Assembly: GCA_020725645.1 (NCBI GenBank)
Contig: DYEQ01000029.1
Span: 43,109-107,108, forward strand
Length of the DNA: 64,000 nucleotides
Direction: 5' to 3'
Source: Candidatus Fermentithermobacillaceae bacterium
GTDB lineage: Bacteria > Bacillota > Sulfobacillia > Fermentithermobacillales > DUSS01
Each line of letters opens with the position of its first letter. Positions within the stretch are counted from its first letter, which is position 1. This document shows, one piece after another, positions 48,744 through 57,877 of the stretch. Under the pieces are notes generated by a model. That model did not search any database. It saw only the letters and a program-made list of their open reading frames with translations, and was not told the origin of the DNA. The position numbers and the translations under genes are program-made.

Positions 48744-49772
48744 ATGTTCGGCAGAGCCCCTCGTGCGGTTTTTGCCGTCTCAGTGGTCCTCGCGTTTTTA
48801 GCTTCCCTGCCTGGATGTGCCGGTAAGAGGCTGGCAGGCGAACCCACCCAATCCGGAGGCCCAAACTCGCCTCCGGCTTCAGGCGAGGTGCCCGGCGGGT
48901 CTCAGGGGTCGCCACCTTCTGGTCCTTCCGGCAAAGCTCAGGAGCTTCCCGGGATGGTCATGGTAACCGTCGGAAACAATGAAGAGGCCAGACCCCAATC
49001 GGGAATCAACGAAGCGGCGGTGGTGTTCGAGGTTCCCACGGAAGGGGGCATAACTAGACTGTTCCTGGGTTTTACGAGACAGGTGGATCGCATCGGTCCC
49101 GTGAGAAGCGCGAGGAAAGCTATGGTGGAGATCGCATTGGGTTACGCCGCCCCCTTTGGTCATTGCGGAGCTTCCAACGATGCGTACGCCTTGATTCGGG
49201 AGACGGCGGCGCCGAGCCTCGACGACATAAAAACAGCTGGAGGGTGTTTTTGGAGGGACAGAAGCGGCGAGCCCCCGGATAACCTCTATACCTCCACGCA
49301 AGACCTGGTTAAATTCGCCCAAGCGAGGGGGTACCGGTTGCCGAAGCTACCGGAGTTCCGGCGAGGGGTTTCTCAGGGAAAAGAAGCTACCTACATAGAG
49401 TACGACTTTTCGTGGCTTCCTCGTTACCCGAACGTCGTGAGCTACGTGTTCGAAGGAGGCGAGTACAAGCGGTCTCAGGCGGGTAAAGAACATTTCGACT
49501 TCGCAGAGGTCCGCGTAGGGCCGGAAAACCTCGTCTTCATGGAAGTGAAGACGGATTTCGTAAGAGGGGAGGCGATTGAACTCAAACTCCACCTTTGTTC
49601 GGAGGGTAAAGCTCTCTTTTTCTCGGGAGGGAGGGTGCGAGAAGGTACCTGGAGGAAAAAGTCCCTTCGCTCACCAGTGGAGTTCTTCATCGGGCAGGAG
49701 CCAGCTTCGTTTGAAGAAGGGCAAATTTGGATTCACATCGTAAGGGATATATCCCTGGTCAAGTACCGCTAG
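48744..49772 (+). CDS. DUF3048 (YerB-like) lipoprotein
   Basis: Signal peptide with lipobox (LASLPGCAG), Ser/Pro-rich linker, then the DUF3048 core. Confidence 0.6.
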   Translation: MFGRAPRAVFAVSVVLAFLASLPGCAGKRLAGEPTQSGGPNSPPASGEVPGGSQGSPPSGPSGKAQELPGMVMVTVGNNEEARPQSGINEAAVVFEVPTEGGITRLFLGFTRQVDRIGPVRSARKAMVEIALGYAAPFGHCGASNDAYALIRETAAPSLDDIKTAGGCFWRDRSGEPPDNLYTSTQDLVKFAQARGYRLPKLPEFRRGVSQGKEATYIEYDFSWLPRYPNVVSYVFEGGEYKRSQAGKEHFDFAEVRVGPENLVFMEVKTDFVRGEAIELKLHLCSEGKALFFSGGRVREGTWRKKSLRSPVEFFIGQEPASFEEGQIWIHIVRDISLVKYR

Positions 49773-49804
49773 AAGGCGGAAAGCAAGGAGACGGAGGTTT
49801 TAAC

Positions 49805-50695
49805 GTGGCAAAGATTAAGGTCGCTGTGGTAGGTTACGGCAACGTGGGACAGGAAGCTTGCAGGTGCGTACTGGAGGCGCCTGACATGGAACTCGCCGGG
49901 GTTGTCCGGCGGAGTCCAGGGTCCGAGCGGTACCCGTTTCCCGTCGCCAACGACGTCACGAAACTCGGGCCGGTCGATGTAGCTGTCCTGACGATTCCGT
50001 CCCGGTCGGTGCCAGAAGTAGCACCGAACTATCTGAAACTGGGAATCAACACAGTGGACAGCTACGACATCCATGGTGATTCCATGATCGAGCTCAAAAG
50101 CGCCCTCGATTCCCTCGCCAGGGAGATGGGGAGGGTGTCGGTGATCGGGGCGGGTTGGGACCCGGGCACGGATTCGATGGTAAGATGCATCTTCCGGGCG
50201 ATAGCTCCCCGGGGGGTTACGTACACCAATTTCGGCCCGGGGATGAGCATGGGTCATACCGTCGCGGTCAAAGCGGTACCGGGCGTCAAAGAAGCTCTAT
50301 CGATGACACTTCCGGCGGGCTTCGGTCACCACAGGAGGGATGTATACGTCGAGCTCGAACCCGGAGCTGACCTCGCCGAAGTCACCAGGTTGATTAAGGA
50401 AGACCCTTATTTCCGCAACGACGAGACCAGGATCACCGCTGTCCCATCGGTTGAGGAAGTGACCGCCATGGGCCACGGTGTCGTTTTACAGCGTTTCGGA
50501 AGCTCGGGGACGGCGCAAAACCAGGTGCTGGAGCTGAGGATGAGATTGTCCAACCCCTCAGCTACGGCGCAGGTGATGGTATCTGCTGCCAGGGCGTCCA
50601 CCAGGCTCCAACCGGGAGCGTATACTCTTGTGGAGATAGCTCCCGCCGACCTTCTTCCGGAGGACAAGGAGACCGTCGTCAGGACCATGGTTTAA
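49805..50695 (+). CDS. ddh: meso-diaminopimelate D-dehydrogenase
   Basis: KVAVVGYGNVG Rossmann fold, then GAGWDPG and GPGMSMGH Ddh motifs. GTG 49805 is preceded by AGGAGACGGAGG; the ORF as listed opens at 49727. Confidence 0.85.
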   Translation: MAKIKVAVVGYGNVGQEACRCVLEAPDMELAGVVRRSPGSERYPFPVANDVTKLGPVDVAVLTIPSRSVPEVAPNYLKLGINTVDSYDIHGDSMIELKSALDSLAREMGRVSVIGAGWDPGTDSMVRCIFRAIAPRGVTYTNFGPGMSMGHTVAVKAVPGVKEALSMTLPAGFGHHRRDVYVELEPGADLAEVTRLIKEDPYFRNDETRITAVPSVEEVTAMGHGVVLQRFGSSGTAQNQVLELRMRLSNPSATAQVMVSAARASTRLQPGAYTLVEIAPADLLPEDKETVVRTMV

Positions 50696-50848
50696 GGAGC
50701 TTCCGAAGATAGCGGTACAATCAGCGGTACAATCCGGAGGTAAAAGATACAAATAAGCCATCTAAAAAGCCGTCCCGAGCCGAAAAGAAGTACGAAGGTC
50801 GGTGACCGCCCTTCGTACTGTCTTGAGGTTGATGATATATCGTTCGGG

Positions 50849-51790
50849 TCAGACCCTGATAACTACGGTTCCGGCCTGTCCGGACGCGGCCTCGATCGCG
50901 CGGTCCAGCGAAGCGATCACGCCGGTCCGTCCGCCGTTATGGAGGAAACGGATTATCGCTTCAACCTTCGGCCCCATACTACCTTTGCGGAAGTGGCCTT
51001 CCGCCTGATAGCCCTCGAGTTCCTCAAGGGAGACCTTCCCGAGCCACCGCTGGGACGGGGTGCCGAAGTCCACCGCGGCGCCCGGTACGTCCGTCAGAAT
51101 GAGTAAGGTGTCCGCGCCGATATACGCGGCGAGCCTTTCCGCAGCGAGATCCTTGTCTATGACGGCCTCGACCCCTGCGAGTTTGCCGTCGGGGGACATG
51201 ATCACCGGGATACCTCCGCCTCCGGACGCTACTACCAGGTGACCTGCTTCGACCAGGGCCTTTATCGAGGGGCCTTCGACTATGAACTTAGGGTCGGGGG
51301 AGGGCACGACGCGGCGCCAGCCTCTCCCGCTGTCTTCGATCCACGTCTCGCCCGCTTCTTTCATCCTCTTTTCCGCCCAAGCTTTATCGTAAAAAGGTCC
51401 TACCGGCTTGGAAGGATTCGCAAAGGCGGGATCCTTCGAGTCCACGACAGTTTGGGTGATTATCGTCGCCACCGGAATGTCGAGCCCCACTTCCCGCAGG
51501 CGGTTTCGTATGTACATTTGCATCATGTAGCCGATCATGCCCTGACTTTCCGCCCCGGCGATGTCCATGGGCATTGCGGGCACCTGGTCCCGCGCCGCCT
51601 CGTTTTGGATCATGATATTGCCCACCTGAGGCCCGTTTCCGTGCGTCACGACGACTCTGTGCCCCTGTTTCACCAGAAGGGCGATTTGCTGCGCCGTGGT
51701 GTCCACATTCTTTCTCTGCTCCTCGGCAGTGCCTCTTTCGCCTCTCTGCAGTATAGCGTTTCCGCCCAGCGCGACGACGAGCGTTGCCAC
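50849..51790 (-). CDS. arcC: Carbamate kinase
   Basis: VVALGGNAIL... amino-acid kinase family with carbamate kinase motifs (VVVTHGNGPQVG). GTG start after GAGGTGA; the ORF as listed extends to 51904. Confidence 0.8.
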   Translation of the reverse strand: MATLVVALGGNAILQRGERGTAEEQRKNVDTTAQQIALLVKQGHRVVVTHGNGPQVGNIMIQNEAARDQVPAMPMDIAGAESQGMIGYMMQMYIRNRLREVGLDIPVATIITQTVVDSKDPAFANPSKPVGPFYDKAWAEKRMKEAGETWIEDSGRGWRRVVPSPDPKFIVEGPSIKALVEAGHLVVASGGGGIPVIMSPDGKLAGVEAVIDKDLAAERLAAYIGADTLLILTDVPGAAVDFGTPSQRWLGKVSLEELEGYQAEGHFRKGSMGPKVEAIIRFLHNGGRTGVIASLDRAIEAASGQAGTVVIRV

Positions 51791-51949
51791 GAGATTCACC
51801 TCACAGGTCCATTCATTGATGAATATTCCTTTTTGCATATTCGATGAACATGCCGGAGATACCTTCTCCGAATACGGTACAAGCTCGTACGCGCCCAGCT
51901 TCAACAGTCGGTGCGGGTCCGAGGCCAGCTTGAGCTCGTCATCGTCTTA

Positions 51950-53146
51950 TCACGCCCGACCGAAAGCTTTGAGCAGCGCTCGGGCGAGACTGTCCCATAT
52001 GACTCGCAGAAAATTCCCCTTCGGCACATCTTCTTTAGCTACCAGCGGAGCGCGTCCGACCTCCTGGCCTTCCACCGAGAAAGCCACTTCCCCCAGAAGC
52101 GTGCCGGCCCTGACCGGGGCGACCAGGTCTTTCCTGAAGACTACCGAATGGGTGAGTACGCCCTCCTTGCCTCGCGCAACCGTTGCGCCTATCTCGTAAG
52201 GGGCGACAGCCGTCGCATATTTGCCCCTACCCTTCCAGACTCTAGCTTTTCCCATTTCTCTTCCGGGCTCCGCGACCTTGACGTACGCGAAGTTGCGATA
52301 AGCGTAGTCCAGGAGCGTGGCGGCGAGGTCAGCCCTTTCGGTTTCTCCGATCTCCCTGGGTTTTCCCTTGGCAGCTCCCATAACCATAGCTATCACGTCA
52401 AAACCATCCCGTTCGCAGGTGGCGCCGATGTTGAATCCCGCAGCGCTGATGTGTCCTGTTTTCAAGCCGTAGCAACCCGGGTATGACCAAAGGAGCTTAT
52501 TGTAACTGAGGAGGACGATTTCGTGTTCTCCCGGAGGGGTGTACCTGAACTCCTTTATCGAATGGAATTGCTTAGCTTCCGGATGCTCTCGCAAGTATGC
52601 CCTGGCCAGGGTGAAGAAGTCCCTGGGACTCATGCGGTTCTCCTCGGATAGGCCGTGGGGATCGACGAAGTGAGTCTTGGTAAGACCCAGCGCCTTAGCT
52701 TTTTCGTTCATCCTAGCTACAAAACTTTCTACGCTGCCCGCCACGTGCTCCGCCACAGCTACGCAGGCGTCGTTTCCCGATGCCACCGTGATGCCCTTTA
52801 CGAGGTCTTCCAGTTTGACCTTGGAGCCGACCAGCACGAACATCTTGGATCCCTGAGTGGACCAAGCTCTTTCGGATATCTCTACGTCGTCGGTGAGAGA
52901 GACTCTGCCTTCCTTGATTTCGTCGAACAGGACATACAGAGTCATGATCTTCGTCAGACTGGCCGGGATTAAGGCCTCGTCCGGGTTTTTCTCGGCGAGT
53001 ATCCGGCCGGTTCTGAGATCGGCGACGATGTAAGCGTCAGCGGGAATCTCCGGCGGTGCCGGCTGGGCCAGACCACACCCGGGTTTGAGGATGCTTAAGG
53101 CAACAGCAACCGTTAAAGTCAACGCCGAATAGTTGACACGGCGCAT
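51950..53146 (-). CDS. dac: D-alanyl-D-alanine carboxypeptidase (low-MW PBP, PBP5 family)
   Basis: Signal peptide, SxxK (SLTKIM), SGN (VASGNDA) and KTG-like motifs. ATG 53146 is preceded by GGAGGGGG; the ORF as listed extends to 53638. Confidence 0.85.
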   Translation of the reverse strand: MRRVNYSALTLTVAVALSILKPGCGLAQPAPPEIPADAYIVADLRTGRILAEKNPDEALIPASLTKIMTLYVLFDEIKEGRVSLTDDVEISERAWSTQGSKMFVLVGSKVKLEDLVKGITVASGNDACVAVAEHVAGSVESFVARMNEKAKALGLTKTHFVDPHGLSEENRMSPRDFFTLARAYLREHPEAKQFHSIKEFRYTPPGEHEIVLLSYNKLLWSYPGCYGLKTGHISAAGFNIGATCERDGFDVIAMVMGAAKGKPREIGETERADLAATLLDYAYRNFAYVKVAEPGREMGKARVWKGRGKYATAVAPYEIGATVARGKEGVLTHSVVFRKDLVAPVRAGTLLGEVAFSVEGQEVGRAPLVAKEDVPKGNFLRVIWDSLARALLKAFGRA

Positions 53147-53195
53147 CAAAAACCCCCTCCATATCTTCGCAGGTAATATTATCATTAAGACGGAG

Positions 53196-53259
53196 AAACA
53201 AAAGCAAAAAGCAAAACGCAAAAGGTAGAAAGCAAAAAGCACAAAGCCAAAAGCCAAAT
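53196..53259. repeat. Tandem heptamer repeat (GCAAAAN)x8-9 in the dac/DUF523 divergent intergenic region
   Basis: aaacaaaa gcaaaaa gcaaaac gcaaaag gtagaaa gcaaaaa gcacaaa gccaaaa gccaaat. An A-rich 7-bp periodic tract that stands out in a high-GC genome. Confidence 0.7.
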
Positions 53260-53297
53260 GAAATGGCACACAGAAGACAAAGGAGCGTATTATCGGG

Positions 53298-53765
53298 GTG
53301 TACGTCATCTCCTCGTGTCTCCTGGGATATCGGTGCAGGTACGATGCGAGATCGTGTCCTTTCGAGTTCCTCACCAGAAAGGGCATCAGGGAGCTTTTGA
53401 TCCCGGTCTGTCCGGAGGTTCTGGGTGGCCTGGGCATTCCGAGGCGTCCTGCGGAGGTCCAGGGAGGTGACGGCGAAGACGTGCTGGCCGGTAAGGCGAG
53501 GGTTTCGGATATCTCCGGACGAGACGTAACGGAGGAGTATCTAAGGGGCGCCTGGATTTCTCTGGGAATCGCTTTGCAGTCCGGGGCGAAAGCGGCGATA
53601 CTGAAAGCTAGAAGTCCTTCGTGTGGGTTGGGTTCCATCTACGACGGCACCTTTTCCCGCACACTCCGTCCGGGGGACGGGGTTTTTGCGGCGCTCTTGC
53701 GGAAGCATGGGATCGAAGTTTACTCCGAAGAGACCGCCCGGGGGGTCCTAGATAGATTCCTGTGA
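53298..53765 (+). CDS. DUF523 family protein (TudS-like Fe-S protein)
   Basis: 155 aa with SSCLLGYRCRYDA... and SPSCG cysteine motifs typical of DUF523. GTG start after AAGGAGCG. Confidence 0.6.
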   Translation: MYVISSCLLGYRCRYDARSCPFEFLTRKGIRELLIPVCPEVLGGLGIPRRPAEVQGGDGEDVLAGKARVSDISGRDVTEEYLRGAWISLGIALQSGAKAAILKARSPSCGLGSIYDGTFSRTLRPGDGVFAALLRKHGIEVYSEETARGVLDRFL

Positions 53766-53799
53766 TAATCGCGGCTCTCCCGGGCGGCCTCGAGCAGCG

Positions 53800-54282
53800 T
53801 CAAGATCGGGGTTCGCCCCGGTCCGGTCCCATCTCCCGCTGTACTGGAATCCGGCGTATTCCGTCACCCTCCGCGAGACGCTTCGGGGCCGTGATCTTCA
53901 GAACTCCGTCCCTGAAAGAAGCTTTAGCTTTATCCGCTTCGACGGGTGTGGGGAAACTCACGGTTCTCGAGAATTCCCCGACCTGCCGTTCCCTCAGGTA
54001 GTAGTCGTCTCTCTGGACGTTTCCTTCCTCGGTTCGCCTTCCTTTCAGGTGAAGTCCATGCGGTCCCACCTGCACGGTAATATCCTCGGGGCTGTATCCA
54101 GGCACTTCAGCTTCGACCACGACGTCGTCCTCGGTTTCGTACAGGTCGATGCTGGGCCCCCTGCCGAAACCCCAGCGTCCCCAGTCACCTGTGAGGTTCC
54201 AGTCCAAAAGGTCGTTGAAGAGGCGTCCCCAGTGAGGCCATGGCCGACCCCAAGGTTCTATGTCCCTACGTCTTTCCAGCAT
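53800..54282 (-). CDS. Hsp20/alpha-crystallin family small heat shock protein
   Basis: Alpha-crystallin domain (SIDLYETEDDVVVEAEVPGYSPEDITVQVGPHGLHLKG...FRDGVLKITAPK). ATG 54282 is preceded by GAGGAGGG; the ORF as listed extends to 54528 across the tRNA. Confidence 0.85.
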   Translation of the reverse strand: MLERRRDIEPWGRPWPHWGRLFNDLLDWNLTGDWGRWGFGRGPSIDLYETEDDVVVEAEVPGYSPEDITVQVGPHGLHLKGRRTEEGNVQRDDYYLRERQVGEFSRTVSFPTPVEADKAKASFRDGVLKITAPKRLAEGDGIRRIPVQREMGPDRGEPRS

Positions 54283-54415
54283 GATTTTCCCTCCTCGGCA
54301 AAAGCGTTTGGCGAGAGTAGGGTGTACACAGTGAAAAACGCTTATCCACGGATGGGACCGCCCGACTTTGTAAGAGAACCCGGGACGAACGGGGGAATCG
54401 CAGAGGAAAAAGAAC

Positions 54416-54502
54416 TGGTGCCGAAGGTGGGAGTTGAACCCACACAGGCGTAAGCCTACGGCGCCCTGAACACCGCGTGTCTGCCATTTCCACCACTTCG
54501 GC
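54416..54502 (-). tRNA. tRNA-Leu (anticodon CAG), class II with long variable arm, 3' CCA encoded
   Basis: On the minus strand: acceptor GCCGAAG/CUUCGGC, 3-bp D stem with an 11-nt D loop, anticodon stem CGGUG/CGCCG with loop UUCAGGG, variable arm UAGGCUUACGCCUGU, T arm GUGGG-UUCAACU-CCCAC, then ACCA. A TTGGCG-N17-TAGACT promoter sits about 10 nt upstream. Confidence 0.8.
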
Positions 54503-54794
54503 ACCTTGCGCAGCCAATAGTCTAGCACAAACCCGCTCGTACGCCAATACCCGTCTCATTCCTCCTTTGCGGCCCTTCCCAGGTAGTCCCTTATCAGGGC
54601 ACCTGCCCACATCGCTAAAACTACGAGAGCTATGTGCCCAAGCCACCATCCCAGGGAAAACCTCGCGCACAAACCCTTCTCTTCGTCCACATCGGTCACC
54701 CCCGGACTCTAGGATTCCCTGTAGGTGCGAGAAGGATGAAGGTTGCTCAGAGCACTTTTCAAAGGATCCTCGCGTCCGCCCACTCGGTCCAATT

Positions 54795-55220
54795 AAGCAG
54801 TTCTGGACCGATGTGCTCTGGGGCGATCTCGACTACCTTGTGGTAGACCTTCCTCCGGGAACTGGGGACGCTCCTCTTACGGTGTTGCAGTTGCTTCCCG
54901 TGGACGGTGTAGTAATAGTGACGACGCCTCAGCTCCTTACCCTCAGCATCGTTAAGAAAGCTGTGACCATGGCCCAGCTCCTGGATGTTTCTGTCTTGGG
55001 ATTTGTCGAGAATATGGCCTATATTACCTGCCCCGAGTGCGGAAAACGCATTGAGCCGTTTGGGAGTGAGAGGGCAGAGGAAGTATCCTCCTACCTGTGC
55101 AGGTTTGACGCTATCGTGGATTTGCATGTAGACCCCTTTTCGTGTGAGGGATGGGGACGAATTCTGGCCGTGTGCAAGCATTTTGCCGCGCGGCATAGTT
55201 TTTTATCTCGCAAACTTTGA
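54795..55220 (+). pseudogene. 5'-truncated Mrp/ApbC (NBP35) Fe-S cluster carrier ATPase remnant
   Basis: Only the C-terminal ~140 aa of Mrp is encoded (WGDLDYLVVDLPPGTGDAPLTV..., CPECGKRIEPFG). No Walker A region in any frame upstream. The listed ORF 54477..55220 has an unrelated N-terminal extension overlapping the tRNA. Confidence 0.5.
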
Positions 55221-55652
55221 CTTGCGGTACGCATCCAGGTTATCCGCAACCTTCCTGAGTACTTCGACGAACTCTTCGATCTTTGCTTCGGGTATTCCGG
55301 AGGAGGCGGCGACCACGAGGTCCTCGTAGTGCTTCTGAATGAAGGCTTCTTCCCTGCGGGACTTGTCTGTAAGCCAGATGACATACGATCGCTTGTCAGC
55401 TTCGTTTTGAACCCGTTTCACGTATCCTTTCTTCACCAGGGACATGATGGTTCGGGATACAGCTGGCTTACTCACATCGACTCCGGCGACGATGTCTTCC
55501 TGGCGGATGCCATCGCCATGGGTGTAGAGGAACATGAGGATGTTAGCCTCTGCGCTACGCAGCTGCTTTTCGCGGAGAGCGGTGTTGAGGTACAGCTGAC
55601 CAGATTGTATTATTCTTCCTGCTAGACTTACGAGAAGTCGAAAGCGAGTCAT
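55203..55652 (-). CDS. MarR family transcriptional regulator
   Basis: 149 aa winged-helix MarR fold (EANILMFLYTHGDGIRQEDIVAGVDVSKPAVSRTIMSLVKKGYVKR). Confidence 0.85.
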   Translation of the reverse strand: MTRFRLLVSLAGRIIQSGQLYLNTALREKQLRSAEANILMFLYTHGDGIRQEDIVAGVDVSKPAVSRTIMSLVKKGYVKRVQNEADKRSYVIWLTDKSRREEAFIQKHYEDLVVAASSGIPEAKIEEFVEVLRKVADNLDAYRKSKFAR

Positions 55653-55845
55653 CCATCAACCATCCTCTTTCCGGCGATTTCCACCCTGCGTGTATACCTT
55701 CACCTGAGGTCCGGGTGCTTCTCGAGGAAGGACTCCAGACCGTGGAGAGCCAGTCTCAGCGGCGGCAGGAATGGGTCTTTCGAGAACACTTCCGAATACT
55801 TGGTACAATACTTCTATTGCCCCCGGCGTGTCCCGCCCTTTACCT

Positions 55846-56835
55846 TTAAATGAGACCGGCCTTTCTGAACCACTCGACGGTGTCCCGGATGGTATCTCTT
55901 ATCGGCCTCGGCGAATAGCCCAGTTCGCGCTCAGCTTTTTCGCTTGAAACCAGGGAGTTGCTTTTGAGGATATCCACCGATTCCCTGGTGATGAGAGGCT
56001 TCTTCCCCGTGATCCGGCCGTAAAGCGTGGCGAGGGAGGCCAGCGTGCTGGCGACTCCGGCGCCGAGTCGCAGGCGAGGCATCGGAACCCCTGTGGCCCG
56101 CGAAAGCTCCTCCATCACCTGATCGACGGAGATCCACTCTCCCGCAAGGATATACTTCTCACCCGTCCGGCCCCTTTCCGCAGCCAGGATGAGCCCCTGT
56201 GCGGCGTCCCGGACATCGACGAAGTCAAACCCTCCTTCCAGTCGCACGGGGACCTTTCCGCGGGCGAAATCGAGGATGAACTGGCCGGCCTCGGAGGGCC
56301 TGAAATCATACGGACCGATCACGCCGGTAGGAAGGACGACCACGGCGTCGAGACCCTTTGAGGTTGCCTCGAGGACTTCAAGGGTGGCTTTGGCCTTGGA
56401 CCTACCATATTCCGTGGGTATTCTCGCCGGGTCACAGGGCGTTGATTCATCGATCACCGTTCCACGGGGTGGTTCCACCAGGGCGTGGATCGAGCTCGTA
56501 TAAACAAGGCGTCGCACCCCGGCTTTGAGACAGGCCTCGGCGACATTGCGGGTGCCTCTCACGTTGACTTCCTCTAGAAGATTCCGATGGCCCGGGGTTA
56601 GGCTTATCACGGACGCGAGGTGATATACGGTTTCCGCCCCCTCGAAGGCCCGGCAGAGAAACGAGATGTCTCTTACATCTCCCTCCACGACTTCGACATT
56701 AAGTCCCTCCAGCGAGACAAGGTTCTCGCCTGGGAGGGCCATCCCGCGGACGCGGGCTCCTCCTCTCAGCAGAGCTCTTACGAGGTTATTTCCCAGGTGC
56801 CCCGGAGCTCCCGTGACGACTACCATCTTTAGCAC
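55846..56835 (-). CDS. NAD-dependent epimerase/dehydratase family protein
   Basis: N-terminal VVVTGAPGHLGNNLVRALL Rossmann fold and an extended SDR fold; 329 aa. Confidence 0.85.
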   Translation of the reverse strand: MLKMVVVTGAPGHLGNNLVRALLRGGARVRGMALPGENLVSLEGLNVEVVEGDVRDISFLCRAFEGAETVYHLASVISLTPGHRNLLEEVNVRGTRNVAEACLKAGVRRLVYTSSIHALVEPPRGTVIDESTPCDPARIPTEYGRSKAKATLEVLEATSKGLDAVVVLPTGVIGPYDFRPSEAGQFILDFARGKVPVRLEGGFDFVDVRDAAQGLILAAERGRTGEKYILAGEWISVDQVMEELSRATGVPMPRLRLGAGVASTLASLATLYGRITGKKPLITRESVDILKSNSLVSSEKAERELGYSPRPIRDTIRDTVEWFRKAGLI

Positions 56836-56881
56836 CCCCGCAGGCTCTTAAAACGCCCCAGACCTGTTCCAACGTGTCTGG

Positions 56882-56934
56882 ATAGTTGAGCTGTTAACCA
56901 AACTATATTCCTAAGTAGTTAACACGTCAACTAT
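56882..56934. promoter_or_regulatory. Imperfect 17-bp inverted repeat operator candidate in a divergent promoter region
   Basis: ATAGTTGAGCTGTTAAC ... 19 bp ... GTTAACACGTCAACTAT, flanked by AACCAAA/TTTGGTT. AT-rich. Sits about 80 bp upstream of a TTGACA-N18-TATACT promoter (57012-57041). Confidence 0.5.
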
Positions 56935-57079
56935 TTTTGGTTTTGCCGGAATGCTGAGGTCAAGGCAGGCCGTGGACTAGCGTGTCGCATGACGTGAACT
57001 AGTACAAACCGTTGACAGCTTGTCCCAGCCGGTCATATACTCGTGCCGGGAGTATATTTTGGTTTGTTGGGAGTGGATC

Positions 57080-57766
57080 TTGTTGCGTTTAAGTGCGCGA
57101 CGGTACGCGTTTCTCGAGACCCTTTTCCGTATGGCTCGTTCCGGTGGTGGTCCCGTTCATTATGCCGACCTGGCCAAGGAAATGGGTGTTTCGAGGTGGA
57201 CCGCTTACGATATGATGAGAGAACTTGCCAAGGACGGCCTGGTCGCTGCGGTGTACGCGCGGTCTGACCCCGGGTATCCGGGGAGGTCCCATGTGCTATT
57301 TGTAACGACCGAAAAAGGGGCCCGCTTGATCGAGTCCCGAATGGAAGCCTCGAGTACCACGACGGAATGGTCCAAACTCAAACACAATATGCTATCGAAG
57401 TTCGGTGTCGCCCTGGAGCAAAAGAAAGGGTTTGAGTTTTTCAGAAAGGAACTGGCCTCGAATTCACCTGCGCTGTTCTGCGCCGCAGTCGTTACCGCGT
57501 TGATCGTTGAAGCAAGGCGAGCAGGGCTTGATCTGGTGCTTGCCGGGCGCTTGTTGAGCACGGGAGCCGATCTGGAATCGGCCCCTTTGCTTTTCGTAGG
57601 GCTCGTGGCAGGTAGTCTACTGGTAAGCGGTCTTGCTCGAAAGCTGCCCGGTATCGGACCCCTTCTGGAAAGATTTGCCGAGGAGGTCCGGTCTTTCGGC
57701 GGTGAAGAGAGGCGGGCGCTAGCGGGTTTCACAAGAGAAGTCCTAGGAATGGCCACTTTAGCATAG
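57080..57766 (+). CDS. Putative winged-helix transcriptional regulator with a C-terminal hydrophobic domain of unknown function
   Basis: The N-terminus (RYAFLETLFRMARSGGGPVHYADLAKEMGVSRWTAYDMMRELAKDGLV) is HTH-like. The listed ORF opens at 57020, which lies upstream of the predicted transcription start; TTG 57080 after GGGAGTGG is the likely start. Confidence 0.45.
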   Translation: MLRLSARRYAFLETLFRMARSGGGPVHYADLAKEMGVSRWTAYDMMRELAKDGLVAAVYARSDPGYPGRSHVLFVTTEKGARLIESRMEASSTTTEWSKLKHNMLSKFGVALEQKKGFEFFRKELASNSPALFCAAVVTALIVEARRAGLDLVLAGRLLSTGADLESAPLLFVGLVAGSLLVSGLARKLPGIGPLLERFAEEVRSFGGEERRALAGFTREVLGMATLA

Positions 57767-57877
57767 GTATCTCGGGAGGTGATCGGTCTCTTTGCATCTC
57801 TTTTTTTCGAGGGTTTTTTGGTCTTTTTGGTCAAATGGCCTGTTAATCTGGATGATCCTTCCACGGAGGTGTTTTGG

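Noticed and set aside
54477-54794. N-terminal 106 aa of the listed ORF 54477..55220 as real coding sequence
   Set aside because: This segment overlaps the tRNA-Leu gene and its promoter and is unrelated to Mrp. Mrp similarity begins only near 54795.
56836-57877. Small Cys-rich precursor peptide (SCIFF-like) upstream of the radical SAM gene
   Set aside because: No short ORF with a Shine-Dalgarno and multiple Cys or Gly residues is evident in the 110-bp gap or in the leader. Below the 60-aa ORF cut-off I could only scan by eye, so a very small peptide cannot be excluded.
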